Assembly: GCA_026414265.1 (NCBI GenBank)
Contig: JAOAJI010000003.1
Coordinates: forward strand, 1 to 55,849
DNA length: 55,849 bases
Direction: 5' to 3'
Source: Candidatus Micrarchaeota archaeon
GTDB lineage: Archaea > Micrarchaeota > Micrarchaeia > Anstonellales > SKW190
Under the pieces are notes generated by a model, which did not search any database, was not told the origin of the DNA, and saw only the letters and a list, made by a program, of their open reading frames with translations. Position numbers and translations under genes: made by a program. How positions within the stretch are numbered: the first letter of the stretch is position 1; each line of letters opens with the position of its first letter. This document shows positions 29,626 through 38,933 of the stretch, in pieces.

Positions 29626-30375
29626 GTGCAAGAAAACATAGATTTCTTTGAACTTGTATTACTTCAAACCATAAACTCAAAGAAAGACACTGCTTATTTA
29701 GAGAAGTTGCCTGCTGAAATGAATTCGAGTTTTTACGAGATCGCAAACAGAACAGGCAGTCTGAGGTTAAAAGAGCTCATAGAAATAAAGAGCTCTATAG
29801 GCACTACAGAACTAGTTCTTACTGCTAAGGCAAAGGACTTTTTGTCGATGATTGAGAAAAAAACAGAGGAAAAACAGCATTTAGATCACTTGTCAAAAGA
29901 AGTTCTGAAATGCATTGCCAACAACATGAATGAACTTTATGAAATACAAAAGAGCTTGAACATAAGAGAAACTGATTTGACAATAAATCTTTATACTTTG
30001 TATAAAAAAGAGTTGATTGACTACACTTGCCAAAACAACACAGTTAAGTTTGTTTTGACAGAGAAAGGTTTTTCAAAAGCTTACGCAGAGAAGCTCAGGT
30101 CAGAAGATGTTAAGGAAAAGGCAGAAAAGAGGGATGAAAAACCAAAAGATCAAGAAGAAACCGAAGAAGACGTAAAGGAACTTCTGAAAGAAGATTCAAA
30201 TACTAAATCAAGTGAAAAAAAAGTTGAAGTAACGAACGATAAGAAAGATGAGACAAACAAAATAAAGGTTTATGATTCTAAGTTAGAATATTATTTGCAC
30301 AAGTATTGGATTGTTTTGTTATTAATATTAATTGTTGTTTTTGGTATCGTCGTTTACTACCTCATGAACAGATAA
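29626..30375 (+). CDS. Hypothetical tandem winged-helix protein with a C-terminal transmembrane anchor
   Basis: Two wHTH-like units, ending LIEIK...LTAKAK and LIDY...LTEKG, then an E/K-rich linker and TM WIVLLLILIVVFGIVVYYL. Confidence 0.75.
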   Translation: MQENIDFFELVLLQTINSKKDTAYLEKLPAEMNSSFYEIANRTGSLRLKELIEIKSSIGTTELVLTAKAKDFLSMIEKKTEEKQHLDHLSKEVLKCIANNMNELYEIQKSLNIRETDLTINLYTLYKKELIDYTCQNNTVKFVLTEKGFSKAYAEKLRSEDVKEKAEKRDEKPKDQEETEEDVKELLKEDSNTKSSEKKVEVTNDKKDETNKIKVYDSKLEYYLHKYWIVLLLILIVVFGIVVYYLMNR

Positions 30376-30413
30376 TAATCACAGACGAATAATTACATGA
30401 AGGTGTTTAACAT

Positions 30414-31055
30414 ATGCCTCAGAACAAGTTCAGTAGATTGGAAACTATCGTATTCCCTGAGCTAAAGGAATATGGTATAGAACTGATAGATAATGTGATC
30501 ATAGAAAACAAGAACGACTTAAAAAAAGGTTTAGAACTTATATCTTTGCCTTGTTATGCTAAGCTGATTGCAAGAGAAGAGCTGCACAAATCAGACAAAG
30601 GACTCGTAAGGGAAATAACTAACGAAAAAGAATGCATAATGTTTTTTGAAGAAATGGAGAACTTAAACAAAGAAAAAAAAGTTTACAGTTTTGTTTTACA
30701 AAGACGTGTTAAAGGAGTAGAACTCTTTTTAGGCATAAAGAAAGACAATTTGTTTGGCCATGTGCTTTTATTTGGTTTTGGAGGCATCTTTGTAGAGGTT
30801 TACAGAGATATCGCTTATGCGGTATTACCGATAAAAAAGGACGAGTTCTTAGAACTTGTTGAACAGACTAAAATAGGTGAAAGATTATTGAAGGGCTACA
30901 GAGGCTATGGCATTGACTTAGAAAAACTGTATGAAGTGATCAAAAACAGTTACAGACTAATGAAGCAAAAGAACTACTCTGAAATAGAATACAATCCTAT
31001 CATAGTGAGCAAAGAAGGTATAACCTCAATTGTAGATATAAAAATAGTCAAATAA
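30414..31055 (+). CDS. acdB: Acetate--CoA ligase (ADP-forming) subunit beta, ATP-grasp
   Basis: HKSDKG, GVELFLG.K.D..FG.VLLFG.GGIFVE, EYNP. Confidence 0.85.
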   Translation: MPQNKFSRLETIVFPELKEYGIELIDNVIIENKNDLKKGLELISLPCYAKLIAREELHKSDKGLVREITNEKECIMFFEEMENLNKEKKVYSFVLQRRVKGVELFLGIKKDNLFGHVLLFGFGGIFVEVYRDIAYAVLPIKKDEFLELVEQTKIGERLLKGYRGYGIDLEKLYEVIKNSYRLMKQKNYSEIEYNPIIVSKEGITSIVDIKIVK

Positions 31056-31085
31056 ATGCTTATCTTGATTTAAGAGGTTTATGCT

Positions 31086-32477
31086 ATGAAAAACATACGT
31101 TATGTTTTCTACCCTCAGAGTATTGCTATCATAGGCGCTTCAAGGGAACCTAATAAAATAGGCAATGTGATAGTAAAAAATTTGGTTGAAGGAGGATATA
31201 GGGGTAAGATTTACCCTGTCAATCCTAATACTGAAGAAATTTTAGGATTAAAATGCTATAAGAGCATAAGCGAAATCCAGAACTCTGTTGACTGTGCTGT
31301 CATCTGCATAAAGAAAGAATTCGTTTTAGATGTTGTTCAACAATGTGCTAACAAAAAGGTCAAATCAATAATCATGATTACTTCAGGCTTTTCAGAAACA
31401 GGAAACGAGGAGATGGAAAAAAAGATCTTGAGCATATGCAAGCAAAACGAAATAGCTTTGATAGGTCCAAATTGTATGGGCGTTATCTATACCAAGAATA
31501 GAGTGGATTCAGTCTTTTTACCTGTTTACAAGATGGGCAGGCCAAAAATTGGAGGTATTTCTTTCATTTCGCAAAGCGGTGCAATAGGCGGTTGTATCCT
31601 TGACCTAGCTGCCTATTACGGCATAGGAATGAACAAGTTCGTTTCTTACGGGAATGGAAAACTCATAGGCGTTGAGGAACTACTTGAATACTTTGAAAGC
31701 GATAACGAAACAAAGACACTTGCATGTTATTTTGAGGGCATAAGAGACGGAAAAAGGTTCATTAACGCGCTTGACAAATGCACTCTAAGAAAACCAGTAG
31801 TGGTATTAAAAGGCGGTAAGACGTCCAAATCTGCTAAAGCAATTGCCTCTCATACTTCTTCATTGATGGGCAACCATAGCTCTTTCAGAGCAGTGTTCAA
31901 AAAGACCAATACGATAGAAGTAGAGAGCATAGATGAGCTTTTTGATGTTGTAAAAGTCTTCATGCAACCAAAAATTAAGGGTAAAAGAATAGGCGTCATA
32001 ACTAACGGAGGGGGTTTAGGTATATTGGTAGTTGATAAACTAGTAGAAAACGACTTCGAACTATCTGAGATACCACAGCAGAAAAGAGAAGAGCTGAGGA
32101 AAATCTTTCCTTCTGAGCTAAACATAGAAAATCCACTTGATTTACTTGGAGATGCCAACACTGCAAGGTTTGAAGTAGCTTTGAATACAATGATGAACGA
32201 AGAATCAGTTGATGCAATAATAGTTTGCTTGTTGTTACAAACAATTTCCCTAGATGCGACAATAATCAACGTTTTAGTCAGAACCAATTATTTCAGCAAA
32301 AAACCAATCCTAATAGTTGCAGTTGGTGGAGAGTACACGAATTCGATTGTCAGGGTTTTGGAATCCAACAATTTGCCATGCTATCCATCACCAGAGAGAG
32401 CTGTTAACGCTCTGAGGAAAATGTATGATTACTATGAGAATCTTAATCACAGGCTGTCCGGGAACAGGAAAAACTAG
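31086..32477 (+). CDS. acdA: Acetate--CoA ligase (ADP-forming) subunit alpha
   Basis: P.SIAIIGAS, YPVNP, SGFSE.G, IGPNC.G, SQSGA, SHT (phospho-His), TNGGG, NPLDLLGDA. Confidence 0.93.
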   Translation: MKNIRYVFYPQSIAIIGASREPNKIGNVIVKNLVEGGYRGKIYPVNPNTEEILGLKCYKSISEIQNSVDCAVICIKKEFVLDVVQQCANKKVKSIIMITSGFSETGNEEMEKKILSICKQNEIALIGPNCMGVIYTKNRVDSVFLPVYKMGRPKIGGISFISQSGAIGGCILDLAAYYGIGMNKFVSYGNGKLIGVEELLEYFESDNETKTLACYFEGIRDGKRFINALDKCTLRKPVVVLKGGKTSKSAKAIASHTSSLMGNHSSFRAVFKKTNTIEVESIDELFDVVKVFMQPKIKGKRIGVITNGGGLGILVVDKLVENDFELSEIPQQKREELRKIFPSELNIENPLDLLGDANTARFEVALNTMMNEESVDAIIVCLLLQTISLDATIINVLVRTNYFSKKPILIVAVGGEYTNSIVRVLESNNLPCYPSPERAVNALRKMYDYYENLNHRLSGNRKN

Positions 32478-33120
32478 TTTAGCAAACAAATTAATTGAGT
32501 TAGCTTCTGATTCTGATAAGATAGCAGTAAAGAACAGAGAAACAAAAAACTTGTTGAAAAAATTTTCTTTGAAAATTATTTCGTTAAACGATATAGCTGA
32601 TGAATTTTCACTTTACGAGTTCTATGATAATTTGACAGAGTCTAAGGTAGTCAATCTAGAAGCTCTCGAAAGAGTTACAAACACTGTGTTAGATGTTGAA
32701 GAAGACAACTTCAAATCAAAAAAAAAGAAGAAGAAAAATAGTAAAGAATTGCTGATAGTAGTAGAGGGTCATTTGGGCGCAGAGATAAGGATAAGAAAAA
32801 TAAGCAAAGTCTTTGTGCTGAGAACAAATCCTAAAGAACTTGAGAAGCGTTTATTGGAAAAAGGCTATGGCAAAAAAAAGTTATCTGAAAACATAAACGC
32901 AGAACTTGTTGACTATTTTACAATCAAAAGCGAAAAACTTTACGGAAGAGATAGAGTGATAGAGCTTGATACCAGCTCTAAAAGCGTAAATGCTTTGGCA
33001 GAAAAGTTAATCAAACACTTGAAAAACCAAAAAAATAGAAAAACAAAAAAAACTAAGAGCATCTCTTGGGCAAATGTGTTCAACACAGAAATAGAGTTTG
33101 TGAAGAAACACTTGTTGTAG
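32434..33120 (+). CDS. AK6/Fap7-family adenylate kinase
   Basis: MRILITGCPGTGKT, VEGH, VLRT.P..LEKRL..KGY..KK..EN..AE, ELDTS. Confidence 0.9.
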   Translation: MRILITGCPGTGKTSLANKLIELASDSDKIAVKNRETKNLLKKFSLKIISLNDIADEFSLYEFYDNLTESKVVNLEALERVTNTVLDVEEDNFKSKKKKKKNSKELLIVVEGHLGAEIRIRKISKVFVLRTNPKELEKRLLEKGYGKKKLSENINAELVDYFTIKSEKLYGRDRVIELDTSSKSVNALAEKLIKHLKNQKNRKTKKTKSISWANVFNTEIEFVKKHLL

Positions 33121-33158
33121 TTTTGTAGTTTTTACTGAGTAACTTTATAATTTTTCAC

Positions 33159-34187
33159 TTACTTAGATAGGACTTTTGTCAATACATCAATCATTCTGCA
33201 AGAGAACCCCCATTCGTTGTCGTACCATGCAAGGACTTTTACCATGTTGCCTATAACATAAGTGCTCTGTGCATCAAATATCGAAGAAACTTCTGTGTGA
33301 ACTACGTCTGAGCTTACTATAGGATCTTCTGTGTATTCTAGAACGCCTTTTAGATTACCTTCTGCTGCTTTCTTCATGACTTTGTTGACTTCGTCTTTAG
33401 TTGTTTGTTTCTTGACATCGACTACGAGATCAACTATGGAACCACATGGCACAGGCACTCTTAGAGCCAAGCCGTCCATCTTACCTTTGAGTGAAGGTAT
33501 TACTAGTCCTATTGCTTTAGCAGCTCCTGTTGTAGTAGGGATTATGTTCTCTGCAGCAGCCCTAGACCTTCTCAACTCTTTTTTGTGCACCACATCTAAT
33601 ACCATTTGATCATTAGTGTATGCGTGAACCGTTGTCATGAAACCTTTTTCGATTTCGAAGTTATCGTTGAGAACTTTGGCTACTGGAGCCAAACAGTTAG
33701 TTGTACAAGAACCGTTACTAATTATATTATGAACTTTAGGGTCATAGATTTCGTGATTGACCTTATAAACTATGGTTACACAGTCCTTGTCCTGGTCAGA
33801 GTACTTTGCAGGCGCAGATACGAAAACTTTTTTTGCACCAGCAGTAAGATGTAATCTGGCTTTTTCAGCGTTAGTGAAAGCACCAGTACACTCTAAAACA
33901 ACGTCTATGTCGTTTTTCTTCCACGGCAATTTAGTAGCATCAGGCTCTGCTAAGAAAGGTATTTCATAGTCACCTACTACTAAGTTGTTGTTTTTTGCCG
34001 AAACCTCTTCAAACCTTCCGTGAACAGTATCGTATTTAGTCAAATACACTCCTCCCTCTATTCCTGTTAAATCGTTTATTGCTTTCACTTCCACTGTTTT
34101 ACCGAGAAGCTTCTTCTCGTACAGTATCCTCAAAAGGCTTCTGCCTATTCTACCATAGCCGTTTATAGCTACGTTTATTTTTCCCAT
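33159..34187 (-). CDS. gap: Glyceraldehyde-3-phosphate dehydrogenase, class I (bacterial/eukaryotic type)
   Basis: INGYGRIGR, YDTVHG, ECTG.F, SNGSCTTNCLAP, TTVHAYT, IIPTTTGAAKA, RVP, WYDNEWG. Confidence 0.97.
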   Translation of the reverse strand: MGKINVAINGYGRIGRSLLRILYEKKLLGKTVEVKAINDLTGIEGGVYLTKYDTVHGRFEEVSAKNNNLVVGDYEIPFLAEPDATKLPWKKNDIDVVLECTGAFTNAEKARLHLTAGAKKVFVSAPAKYSDQDKDCVTIVYKVNHEIYDPKVHNIISNGSCTTNCLAPVAKVLNDNFEIEKGFMTTVHAYTNDQMVLDVVHKKELRRSRAAAENIIPTTTGAAKAIGLVIPSLKGKMDGLALRVPVPCGSIVDLVVDVKKQTTKDEVNKVMKKAAEGNLKGVLEYTEDPIVSSDVVHTEVSSIFDAQSTYVIGNMVKVLAWYDNEWGFSCRMIDVLTKVLSK

Positions 34188-34360
34188 TAAACCACCTTTA
34201 TGTAAATCGTTGTTATAATAACCTAATTAAATAATATAAACCATAGTGTTTAGAAGAAGAATTTGGAACGAAATTTTATTTAGAGTCTGAGCGGAAGAGA
34301 AAGAGTTAAAAAGATTTTCATAAGAATCTTAACATATTCTTTGATTAACAGAGTGATGCC

Positions 34361-34540
34361 ATGATTTGTGAGGTAACAAAAAAGCACACTTATTTTCTGC
34401 AGAAGTGCAACTATTGCGGTAGAAAGGTAAGCTATTACGGGATAAAGAGTAGTAAGATTGTAGACAAAAAGAAACGACTGATAATTTGCAAATTGTGTTG
34501 GTCGCATTTACCTTCAAGAAAAGCCTACAAGTCAGCATAG
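34361..34540 (+). CDS. Small Cys/Zn-finger protein (59 aa), absent from the ORF track
   Basis: MICEVTKKHTYFLQKCNYCGRKVSYYGIKSSKIVDKKKRLIICKLCWSHLPSRKAYKSA*. Two CxxC motifs, SD GAGTGA just before the ATG, and it ends 9 bp before the convergent ileS stop. Confidence 0.75.
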   Translation: MICEVTKKHTYFLQKCNYCGRKVSYYGIKSSKIVDKKKRLIICKLCWSHLPSRKAYKSA

Positions 34541-34549
34541 AACTTTCTG

Positions 34550-37500
34550 TTATTTAGGCAAAACCTCAATCATTATTACTACATTAATGTCTTTGATGTT
34601 CCATTCCTTTTTGTAAACATTTGGTTTGTTGAAAATATGATTATCGAAAGTTCCGTTGACTGCTTTCTCTATTTCTTTAATTTCTTTGTTGGGTATTTGT
34701 CCCTGTAGTTCATTGAAGTAAAACTTGATTTTGTCTTTTTCATTCAGTTTTAGTTGTTTTCGCATTTCCTGGATTCTTCTAATCATTTCTCTTATCATTC
34801 CTTCTTTTTGTAGCTCTTCTGGTATTTCTTTTTTCAATAAAACAATACCGAATTTAGTTATCAAGCCTTCGTAACCTGGGTATTTAACTGAGTGCTCAAA
34901 AAAGTCGATATTTAGTTTGACATCGTTAAACTGATAAAAGCCATTGACTATCATCTCTCTTAAAAATTGATTCTTCTTGTCCTTGTGATCAAGCACCTGC
35001 ATTATTTCATTAACTGCATTGCTCGTTTTTTCTTTGAAATGAAGTCCGAATTGATTAGCTTTCGGTTTTAATGATATTTCCAGGTTATCATCTAATTCCA
35101 CAACCATTTTAATGTGTTTAACGTTAGCAAGGTTAGTTATTATTGATTCTGTATCGTTTAATGATGAAATCACTTGCGAAGAAAAAGAGACGAAGATTGC
35201 TTCAGCCATAGGTTGTCTGACATTGATACCGAGCCTGTTCCTAAGATTGAGAATAGCAGACTTTATTTCTAAAGCTATCTCGAATTTCTTTTCCAGTTCA
35301 TAGTTAACGTAGATTTGGTTGTACTTAGGATAATCAAGTAAAGCTATTGATTTTTGTTTGATTATTTTCCTGAAAACTTGCTGATAAACGTATTCAGTAA
35401 TGAAAGGTGTAAATGGATGTAAAAGAACCAGTGAGTTAAGATAGACGTAGAAGAAAACATTGAGTGCTATTTCGTTTTTTGATTCTATTCTTTCCCTCAC
35501 TACCTTGAGATAAGTCCTACTCAGATCCTCTACTAAGAAATTAGTGATCTCAACAGCTGCTTTGAAAGTCTCATATCTACTGAAATAAGTTTCAACGTTT
35601 TTGATCAATGAATTGAATTTAGAGATGAGCCATTTGTCTTCATTCTTCAGTTCATCTTCTTTGAGCTCGTTCAGATTGTTTATGTAGTGTTTTAAGATAT
35701 AGTTTTTTTGGAGATACATGCCTATGTTGTATATTATCTCCAGTGCCCTTGATGAATCATCCATTTCGTCCCAAGAAAATTTGAGGTCATCCCATGTAGT
35801 GGATTTTAGTGACCATAACCTGAAGGAGTCTGCACCGTACTTTTCTATTATTTCATCCAACGGAACGTAATTCCCTAAGCTCTTGCTCATCTTTTCGCCT
35901 TTTGCATCCACGAAAAAACCGTGCATAAGTACGTTCTTGTAAGGCGCGATACCGTTATAAGCTACACCCATGCCGAGCAATGAATAGAACCAACCTCTGG
36001 TTTGGTCCTTTCCCTCTACTATGAAATCACATTGTTTTAATTGTTTGTTTTCTTGTTCTTCGTAGTTATAATTGCCTGCCCAGACTGCATTTCCAGAATC
36101 GAACCAGACATCAAGTATGTCTTTGACTCTTACCATGTCATTCCTGCATTTTTTACACTTTAAAACAACTTCATCTATAAAAGGTCTGTGCAAATCATTT
36201 ATAGTGTGATAATTTCCCAGTTCTTTCTTAGAGCCTATGAATGTTATGTTATTACATTCCGGATTCACGCATTTCCATATCGGCAGAGGTATACCCCAAT
36301 ATCTTTGTCTGCTAATGCACCAATCAGGTGCGTCTTTGACAAAATCATAGAACCTTGTTTTTGCAAAGTCAGGATACCAATTAACATTGTCTATTTGCTC
36401 GAGCATTTTTTCTTTGATTTCTGAGATATTGATGAACCACTGTTTTGAGGAAATGAATATCAGAGGAGTTTTACATCTCCAGCAGTGAGGGTATCTGTGA
36501 ACGTATTTCGTTTTATAGAGCAAAACGCCTTTCGCCTTTAGGTCGTTTATTATAATGTCATTGGCATCAAAAACGTACATGTTTGCATATTTTTTTGCAG
36601 TTATATCGTATTTTCCATTTTCTTCTACTGGACAGTAAATTTCTATATTGTATCGTTTTCCAATCATGTAGTCTTCTGGACCATGGCCAGGTGCAGTGTG
36701 AACTAATCCTGTACCTTCTTGTGTAGAAACATATTCATCTGACATAACTACTTTTCTTTCATATTCTTTACCTATGAAGTCTTGAAGAGGGTGTTCATAT
36801 TCTAGCTTATCAAGAGCCTTACCGTGGAATTGTTCGACGACAGTTAAATTTGTTTTTGTTATTTTGCTTATATTGTCAAGTAAACTCTTTGCAATTATCC
36901 AGTATTCATCGTATTCTTTTGCATAGACTTTGACGTATTCAACTAAAGGATTCGCCATTATAGCCATGTTCGCTATAAGTGTCCAAGGGGTAGTAGTCCA
37001 TATTATTAGGTACTCATTAGTTTTATTTTTGACTTTAAATTTGACATAAATTGAAGGACTGGTATGTTCATCGTATTCTAGTTCATAGTTTGCAACAGTT
37101 GTTTCACACCTTGGGCAATGTGCTAATACATACAAATCTTCATAGATAAGTTTTTTGTTCCAGACTTCTTTGAGTGCAGTCCAAGTACTCTCTATGTACT
37201 CGTTCTTGTAAGTTATGTATGGATTATCCCAGTCCATCCAGACTCCGAGTCTTTTGAATTGGTCGCTCATTATGCCCATGTATTGAGATGCATAAGCTTT
37301 GCATTCATCTACGAACCTTTCAACCCCTATTTTTTCCTCTATTTCCTTTTTATTTTTGAGCTCTAGTTTTTGTTCTACCTTCACCTCAATCGGTAAACCG
37401 TGAGTGTCATAACCAGGTCTTGCTGTACATTTATAGCCATTTAGCCAGTGATACCTTAATACACAGTCTTTGATGCATTTGTTCCACGCAGTACCGGGAT

Positions 37501-37654
37501 GAATTTGCCCTGTGGCATATGGCGGTCCATCGATAAATACAAACTTTTTCTTAGATTTCTTAGTTTTTTCTTTTAGCTCATGGTATATCCTCTCTTTTTC
37601 CCATAACTCTAAAACATATGACTCGATTTCTTTGTGATTTCGCATATAATTCAT
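34550..37654 (-). CDS. ileS: Isoleucine--tRNA ligase (archaeal/eukaryotic type)
   Basis: DGPPYATG..HPG, GYDTHGLP, WTTTPWT, GTGLVHTAPGHG, WCISRQRYWG, EG.DQTRGWF, KMSKS, C-terminal EG..RE.IRRIQ.MRK. Confidence 0.98.
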   Translation of the reverse strand: MNYMRNHKEIESYVLELWEKERIYHELKEKTKKSKKKFVFIDGPPYATGQIHPGTAWNKCIKDCVLRYHWLNGYKCTARPGYDTHGLPIEVKVEQKLELKNKKEIEEKIGVERFVDECKAYASQYMGIMSDQFKRLGVWMDWDNPYITYKNEYIESTWTALKEVWNKKLIYEDLYVLAHCPRCETTVANYELEYDEHTSPSIYVKFKVKNKTNEYLIIWTTTPWTLIANMAIMANPLVEYVKVYAKEYDEYWIIAKSLLDNISKITKTNLTVVEQFHGKALDKLEYEHPLQDFIGKEYERKVVMSDEYVSTQEGTGLVHTAPGHGPEDYMIGKRYNIEIYCPVEENGKYDITAKKYANMYVFDANDIIINDLKAKGVLLYKTKYVHRYPHCWRCKTPLIFISSKQWFINISEIKEKMLEQIDNVNWYPDFAKTRFYDFVKDAPDWCISRQRYWGIPLPIWKCVNPECNNITFIGSKKELGNYHTINDLHRPFIDEVVLKCKKCRNDMVRVKDILDVWFDSGNAVWAGNYNYEEQENKQLKQCDFIVEGKDQTRGWFYSLLGMGVAYNGIAPYKNVLMHGFFVDAKGEKMSKSLGNYVPLDEIIEKYGADSFRLWSLKSTTWDDLKFSWDEMDDSSRALEIIYNIGMYLQKNYILKHYINNLNELKEDELKNEDKWLISKFNSLIKNVETYFSRYETFKAAVEITNFLVEDLSRTYLKVVRERIESKNEIALNVFFYVYLNSLVLLHPFTPFITEYVYQQVFRKIIKQKSIALLDYPKYNQIYVNYELEKKFEIALEIKSAILNLRNRLGINVRQPMAEAIFVSFSSQVISSLNDTESIITNLANVKHIKMVVELDDNLEISLKPKANQFGLHFKEKTSNAVNEIMQVLDHKDKKNQFLREMIVNGFYQFNDVKLNIDFFEHSVKYPGYEGLITKFGIVLLKKEIPEELQKEGMIREMIRRIQEMRKQLKLNEKDKIKFYFNELQGQIPNKEIKEIEKAVNGTFDNHIFNKPNVYKKEWNIKDINVVIMIEVLPK

Positions 37655-37848
37655 CCCTAATAAAGAATATTTAAAGTATGAACCATTCCTAATAAGCTTA
37701 CGTTGATTAATTCATTTCTGCACTTACATAATTTTATATTAGTTATTTTTAAAAGATGTTAGAAAATATAGTTAAAAAGTTGATATAGTGGTTTTTTTAT
37801 ACCTAAATTTTATGTTAAAAAAGCATATATTAAGAAGGTTGTTGAATT

Positions 37849-38883
37849 ATGAGTATTAGAAAACTGAACGAACATGAAGAAATTGAAAAATCTGATCAAG
37901 CAAAACCAAAAGAACATGATTTATTAACTTTTTTGCCTTTCACAGAAAAGTACAGGCCTCAAACATTAGACGATGTAGTTGGCCATCACGAAATTGTGAA
38001 AAGTTTAAAACACTTTGTTAAAACGAAGTCTATGCCAAACTTACTATTTGCAGGAAGTCCTGGAATAGGGAAAACAACTTGTGCGATTGCACTTGCAAAG
38101 GATTTATTCAAGGAAAACTTCAAGGGCTCTTTTTTGGAATTGAATGCAAGCGACGAGCGTGGCATAGACGTAGTAAGGGGCAAAATAAAGGACTTTGCAA
38201 GAATGTCATCAATTACAAACGTACCGTTTAAGATAATTTTCCTTGACGAAGCAGATGCTTTGACTACAGAAGCGCAACAGGCGCTAAGGCGTACCATGGA
38301 GATTTATTCAAGTGTCACTAGATTCATTCTATCATGTAATTATTCAAGTAAAATAATAGAGCCTATTCAAAGCAGGTGTACAATCTTCCGTTTCAGGAGC
38401 TTAAAAAAAGAAGACATTTTGGAATTGGTCAAAAAGATCAAAGAAAAGGAAGGAATAAACATAGAAGAAAATGGATTAGAATTGCTGATTAATATTTCTG
38501 AGGGCGACTTGAGAAAATTTTTAAACGTTTTACAGGCATGTAGTATGCATTCGAAAACTGTGACAAGGGATTTGGTAGAAAAGGTAAGTGGTACAGTCTC
38601 GCTTTCAGGTTTAGAAAGATTAGTAGAAAATATCAATTCGGGGAAGTATTTGGAAAGTGATGAACTCGTGCAGAAGTACCTAATTGAATACGGCCTAAGT
38701 GCTGAGGATTTTATTTACCAACTTTACAAATATGTTATTATTGCTAAAATTGACGAAAAAAAGAAGATGCAATTCATAGAAACATTAGGTGAGTTTCATT
38801 ACAGGATAACAGAAGGCAGTAATGAACAAATACAGCTGAAGGCAATGATAGCTAAGCTTTGTTTGATCTCGTTAAATGATTGA
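37849..38883 (+). CDS. rfcS: Replication factor C small subunit
   Basis: TEKYRP, GSPGIGKT, ELNASDERGID, LDEADALT..AQQALRR, SCNY.SKII.PIQSRC. No intein. Confidence 0.97.
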   Translation: MSIRKLNEHEEIEKSDQAKPKEHDLLTFLPFTEKYRPQTLDDVVGHHEIVKSLKHFVKTKSMPNLLFAGSPGIGKTTCAIALAKDLFKENFKGSFLELNASDERGIDVVRGKIKDFARMSSITNVPFKIIFLDEADALTTEAQQALRRTMEIYSSVTRFILSCNYSSKIIEPIQSRCTIFRFRSLKKEDILELVKKIKEKEGINIEENGLELLINISEGDLRKFLNVLQACSMHSKTVTRDLVEKVSGTVSLSGLERLVENINSGKYLESDELVQKYLIEYGLSAEDFIYQLYKYVIIAKIDEKKKMQFIETLGEFHYRITEGSNEQIQLKAMIAKLCLISLND

Positions 38884-38933
38884 ACAACATGCATTCTGAT
38901 ATCTGAAAGTTTTTTGAATGGTTTTTTCCTCAA

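Noticed and set aside
34280-34538. Two minus-strand ORFs (75 and 69 aa) in the gap-ileS interval
   Set aside because: They overlap the better-supported plus-strand 59-aa Zn-finger ORF and have no motifs.
37849-38883. Intein in RFC small subunit
   Set aside because: Normal length with contiguous motifs and no splice-junction residues.
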